This document shows, piece by piece, positions 62,733 through 64,000 of a stretch of DNA of 64,000 nucleotides. This stretch comes from Octopus sinensis (Eukaryota), in NCBI RefSeq assembly GCF_006345805.1, contig NW_021834001.1:13836-77835 (forward strand), given 5' to 3'. The notes under the pieces are model-generated. The model saw only the letters and a program-made list of their open reading frames with translations, was not told the DNA's origin and ran no database searches. Position numbers and translations under genes: made by a program. Position 1 is the first letter of the stretch; each line of letters starts with the position of its first letter.

Positions 62733-62961
62733 GGCGGCGAGCTGGCAGAAACGTTAGCACGCCAGGCGAAATACGTAGCCGCATTTCGTCTGCCGTTACG
62801 TTCCGAGTTCAAATTCCGCCGAGGTCGACTTTGCCTTTCATCCTTTCGGGGTCGATAAATTAAGTACCAGTTACGCACTGGAGTCGATGTAATCGACTTT
62901 ATCCCTTTGTCTGTCCTTGTTTGTCCTCTCTGTGTTTAGCCTCTTGTGGGTAGTAAAGAAA
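62733..62961 (+). mobile_element. SINE family A1
   Basis: Full head to tail; tatatacattatat at 62708-62721 and 62964-62977 as probable TSD. Confidence 0.9.
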
Positions 62962-63240
62962 TATATATACATTATATCGTCTTTTTCTGCTAGCTTTCTT
63001 GCTTGCATATACCTTCTGGTATATTAGACGTGGCATTTGTAGATGAATAACCTTAGAACATACTACAGAGTTACTGAAAAACAAACATAACAGTTATTTT
63101 TATGCTATTGAAAAGTTTATGAGGATGGTATGATTATATTAGTGTCTGTGGACGAAAGGAATTTAATAGAGTGAGAAAAAAACATCGGAGAATAGGGTAT
63201 ACACACATACATACATGCATATATATATACATATATAGAG

Positions 63241-63895
63241 AGACTTAAAGAACTTCAAGCAGTTATAAATGGACTTGAAATAAACATTCAATTAGCGATG
63301 TAATATAGCCATCAACAACTTTCATTCCTCGACATCCTCATTAAGAAATCCAACAACAAAATAGAAACAGATATATACTGTAAGCCCAAGGACTCCAAGT
63401 AATAACCAATGTTCAACTAATGCCACCTCAGACACACTAGAATGAATATCCCCTTCAACCTAGCAAAAAGAATTTGTACTATAGTTTCTTAAACAAACAC
63501 CAGGGACACACGACTACATGAACTAAAGGTTACACTCATTACCAGGCAATACCCATCATCACTAATTGATATAGGCTTTCAACGTGCGCTACAACTTAAC
63601 ATACACGAACTCAGGCGTCCCAAACTAAAGAAGGATTTACAACCAAAAGCCCAACTATACATCTCCATACACAACTCCCTTTAACAATGAAGCCTTTCGA
63701 CATCATCCTCCAGCACATTCCCCCACTAAAAAGGGAAAGGAGCACAGAATGAATTTAATCCTCCAAACGCACACCATCATAAAGAGCAAAAGACAACCTA
63801 AATCTATGAAAAGTCTCCTAAAACAAGCCCAAGTACACTTAAAAACAACATTGAAACCGTCAGTGAAAAATGCGGAAGATCTACCTGTGGTATAT
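63241..63895 (+). mobile_element. Penelope-like element RT thumb/linker remnant
   Basis: One frame gives FLDILIKK (from 63325), IETDIYCKP (63361), CH..NIPFNLAKRICTIVS, RLHELK..RQYP..LI..RA, with a few stops; KCGRSTCG at 63868-63891 resembles the Cys linker before GIY-YIG. Confidence 0.85.
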
Positions 63896-63916
63896 TAATT
63901 ATTTCTCATGCTTTAC

Positions 63917-63957
63917 TCTGAGTTGAAAAAGTCGCAAAGACTGAAACGAGTACTAAA
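63917..63957 (+). ncRNA. Degenerate minimal hammerhead candidate just 3' of the Penelope remnant
   Basis: UUGAAAA-AGUC(GCAAA)GACU-GAA-AC(GA)GU-A-CU; stem I is only 2 bp plus mismatches. Confidence 0.4.
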
Positions 63958-64000
63958 ATATTCTTCAAGATAAAAATATTTTAGCATTTTCTACCTTGTC

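Overview
AT-rich, microsatellite-saturated animal DNA with no confidently identifiable host gene. The repeat repertoire resembles what I recall from coleoid cephalopods (Octopus-like); this is inference, not proven. The window is dominated by tRNA-head SINEs, with working labels used here. Family A has two alternative tails (A1, A2). Family B has an internal microsatellite. Families C and D have exchangeable tails X, Y and Z. It also holds decayed fragments of several autonomous retroelements: an R4/Dong-type RLE LINE (421-3455), CR1/L2-group LINEs (4480-5760, 13789-14255), Ty3/Gypsy RT (~12600-13100), a HERO/R2-group RLE fragment (~40322-40760), an RTE 3' end (52192-52545) and a Penelope RT (63241-63895). 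A mariner-derived MITE and several foldback elements are also present. Best leads: (1) short (TA)n-embedded elements carrying minimal type I hammerhead ribozyme motifs, one structurally complete with a U3-A8 core covariation (3830-3871, minus strand); (2) SINE trimers/tetramers bounded by a single target-site duplication; (3) a LINE and SINE-B sharing a covarying 3' hairpin; (4) a possible terminal exon of a prohormone-like gene with a repeated KR-xHSY motif (20605-20739). Nearly all ORFs in the supplied track are microsatellite or repeat artefacts. All domain calls are by-eye motif recognition, without database searches.
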